Source: Caldimicrobium thiodismutans (GTDB lineage Bacteria; Desulfobacterota; Thermodesulfobacteria; Thermodesulfobacteriales; Thermodesulfobacteriaceae). Taken from it: 32,000 nucleotides of DNA. The notes under the pieces are model-generated. The model saw only the letters and a program-made list of their open reading frames with translations. It ran no database searches and was not told where the DNA came from. The stretch covers positions 1,200,001-1,232,000 of the forward strand of contig NZ_AP014945.1 in the NCBI RefSeq assembly GCF_001548275.1, written 5' to 3'. Position numbers and translations under genes: made by a program. Shown piece after piece: positions 31,275 to 32,000 of this stretch (the first letter of the stretch is position 1; every line of letters begins with the position of its first letter).

Positions 31275-32000
31275 TTAAATGTCAATAGATATCTTCTGAG
31301 AATTTAAAGAGGTTAAACCAGAATATGAAGTCAGATCATATTGGATGGGTGTAATAGTGATAAATCCCTGTTTTAGAGCTACCACATCTGTTTCTTCATC
31401 TGTTTCTGTATGCTCCTCCGCTCCTTGCCAATAATATATTTTACCGTGAAGATCCAATCTTTTTTCAAAAAATTCCCTTAACTTAGCAGTAGACTGTCTT
31501 ACAAATTTTACCCCTTTTATTTGATGTGGATTTAAATGAGGGATATTTACATTTAGACAAAATGGTCTTAGTAAAGAAAGATTATTTAACTTTTTGACCA
31601 ATTTTCCAAGGAAATAGGCAGTAAAGCAATAATCAATATTTTCATAAGCATCAATGGATACCGCTATACCATTATAACCAAGAATTTTAGCCTCAGTTGC
31701 CGCTGAAACTGTCCCTGAATAAAGCACATTTATACCCACATTAGCACCCCGATTGATTCCTGAGATGACAAGGTCAACAGGCCCAATTAATTCATAGATG
31801 GCAAGTTTGACACAGTCTGCAGGAGTTCCTGAGACCGCATATCCCCAAAAGTATTTTCCTCTTCTTACTTCTCTTACCCTTAAGGGATAATGAATGGTTA
31901 TAGCATGCCCTACAGCACTTCTCTCTACTTCTGGAGCTACAATATAAACCTCATGCTCTTCACTTAAGGTAAAATAAAGGCCACAAAGGCCATCTGCATA
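31275..32000 (-). CDS. surE: 5'/3'-nucleotidase SurE, 5' end outside the window
   Basis: The frame is open to the window edge: ...VYIVAPEVERSAVGHAITIHYPLRV...DLVISGINRGANVGINVLYSGTVSAATEA. The supplied ORF start at 31739 is an internal GTG. Confidence 0.9.
   Translation of the reverse strand, partial: YADGLCGLYFTLSEEHEVYIVAPEVERSAVGHAITIHYPLRVREVRRGKYFWGYAVSGTPADCVKLAIYELIGPVDLVISGINRGANVGINVLYSGTVSAATEAKILGYNGIAVSIDAYENIDYCFTAYFLGKLVKKLNNLSLLRPFCLNVNIPHLNPHQIKGVKFVRQSTAKLREFFEKRLDLHGKIYYWQGAEEHTETDEETDVVALKQGFITITPIQYDLTSYSGLTSLNSQKISIDI

Noticed and set aside
1-32000. Search for CRISPR arrays, tRNA/rRNA genes, integrase or recombinase genes, and reverse transcriptase or cyclase-type defence genes
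   Set aside because: No regularly spaced direct repeats, no tRNA-like T-arm/acceptor patterns, and no such protein signatures were seen in any frame.

Overview
This is a 32-kb bacterial chromosomal window. The Lys/Glu/Ile-rich proteins and the gene content suggest a thermophile, but that is inference and no taxon can be assigned from sequence alone. By eye it is a mosaic of at least three base compositions.

(1) Moderately AT-rich housekeeping blocks. On the minus strand at 14.6-22.7 kb: MurJ-like flippase, TVP38/DedA, radA, GT39/ArnT-like transferase, an orphan ~158-aa protein, PAP2 phosphatase, transaldolase, argG, and an MTH1187/YkoF-like protein. At 27.8-32 kb: prfB with its programmed +1 frameshift, carA, ribF, a small HTH protein, and surE.

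(2) A very AT-rich glycan-modification cassette at 0-10 kb. It holds a GT2, a GT4 frameshifted at a T8 tract, a methyltransferase, a carbamoyltransferase, and an asparagine synthase frameshifted at a T5 tract. It is flanked by two paralogous Zn-ribbon methyltransferases that share a gap-free 477-nt tract of about 92% identity. It also carries an intact IS256-family element with an 8-bp target duplication and a second, decayed IS256 fragment.

(3) A toxin-antitoxin/defence-like islet at 10.2-11.9 kb. It contains a HEPN-like protein with an overlapping partner I cannot place in any family, a DUF2281-like antitoxin next to a decapitated PIN toxin, and a coiled-coil fragment.

(4) Two GC-rich imported islands. 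The first, at 12.9-14.26 kb, has a WecA/MraY-family phosphotransferase plus a hitch-hiking thiC fragment. The second, at ~22.8-27.7 kb, has a DUF2334 protein, a PHP-phosphoesterase::GT4 fusion and a second GT4. It ends in a scar of gene fragments and a solo IS256 end.

No rRNA, tRNA or CRISPR array was recognised. The best candidates for an undescribed system are the HEPN pair (10263-11118) and the DUF2334/PHP-GT4/GT4 module (23165-27200).
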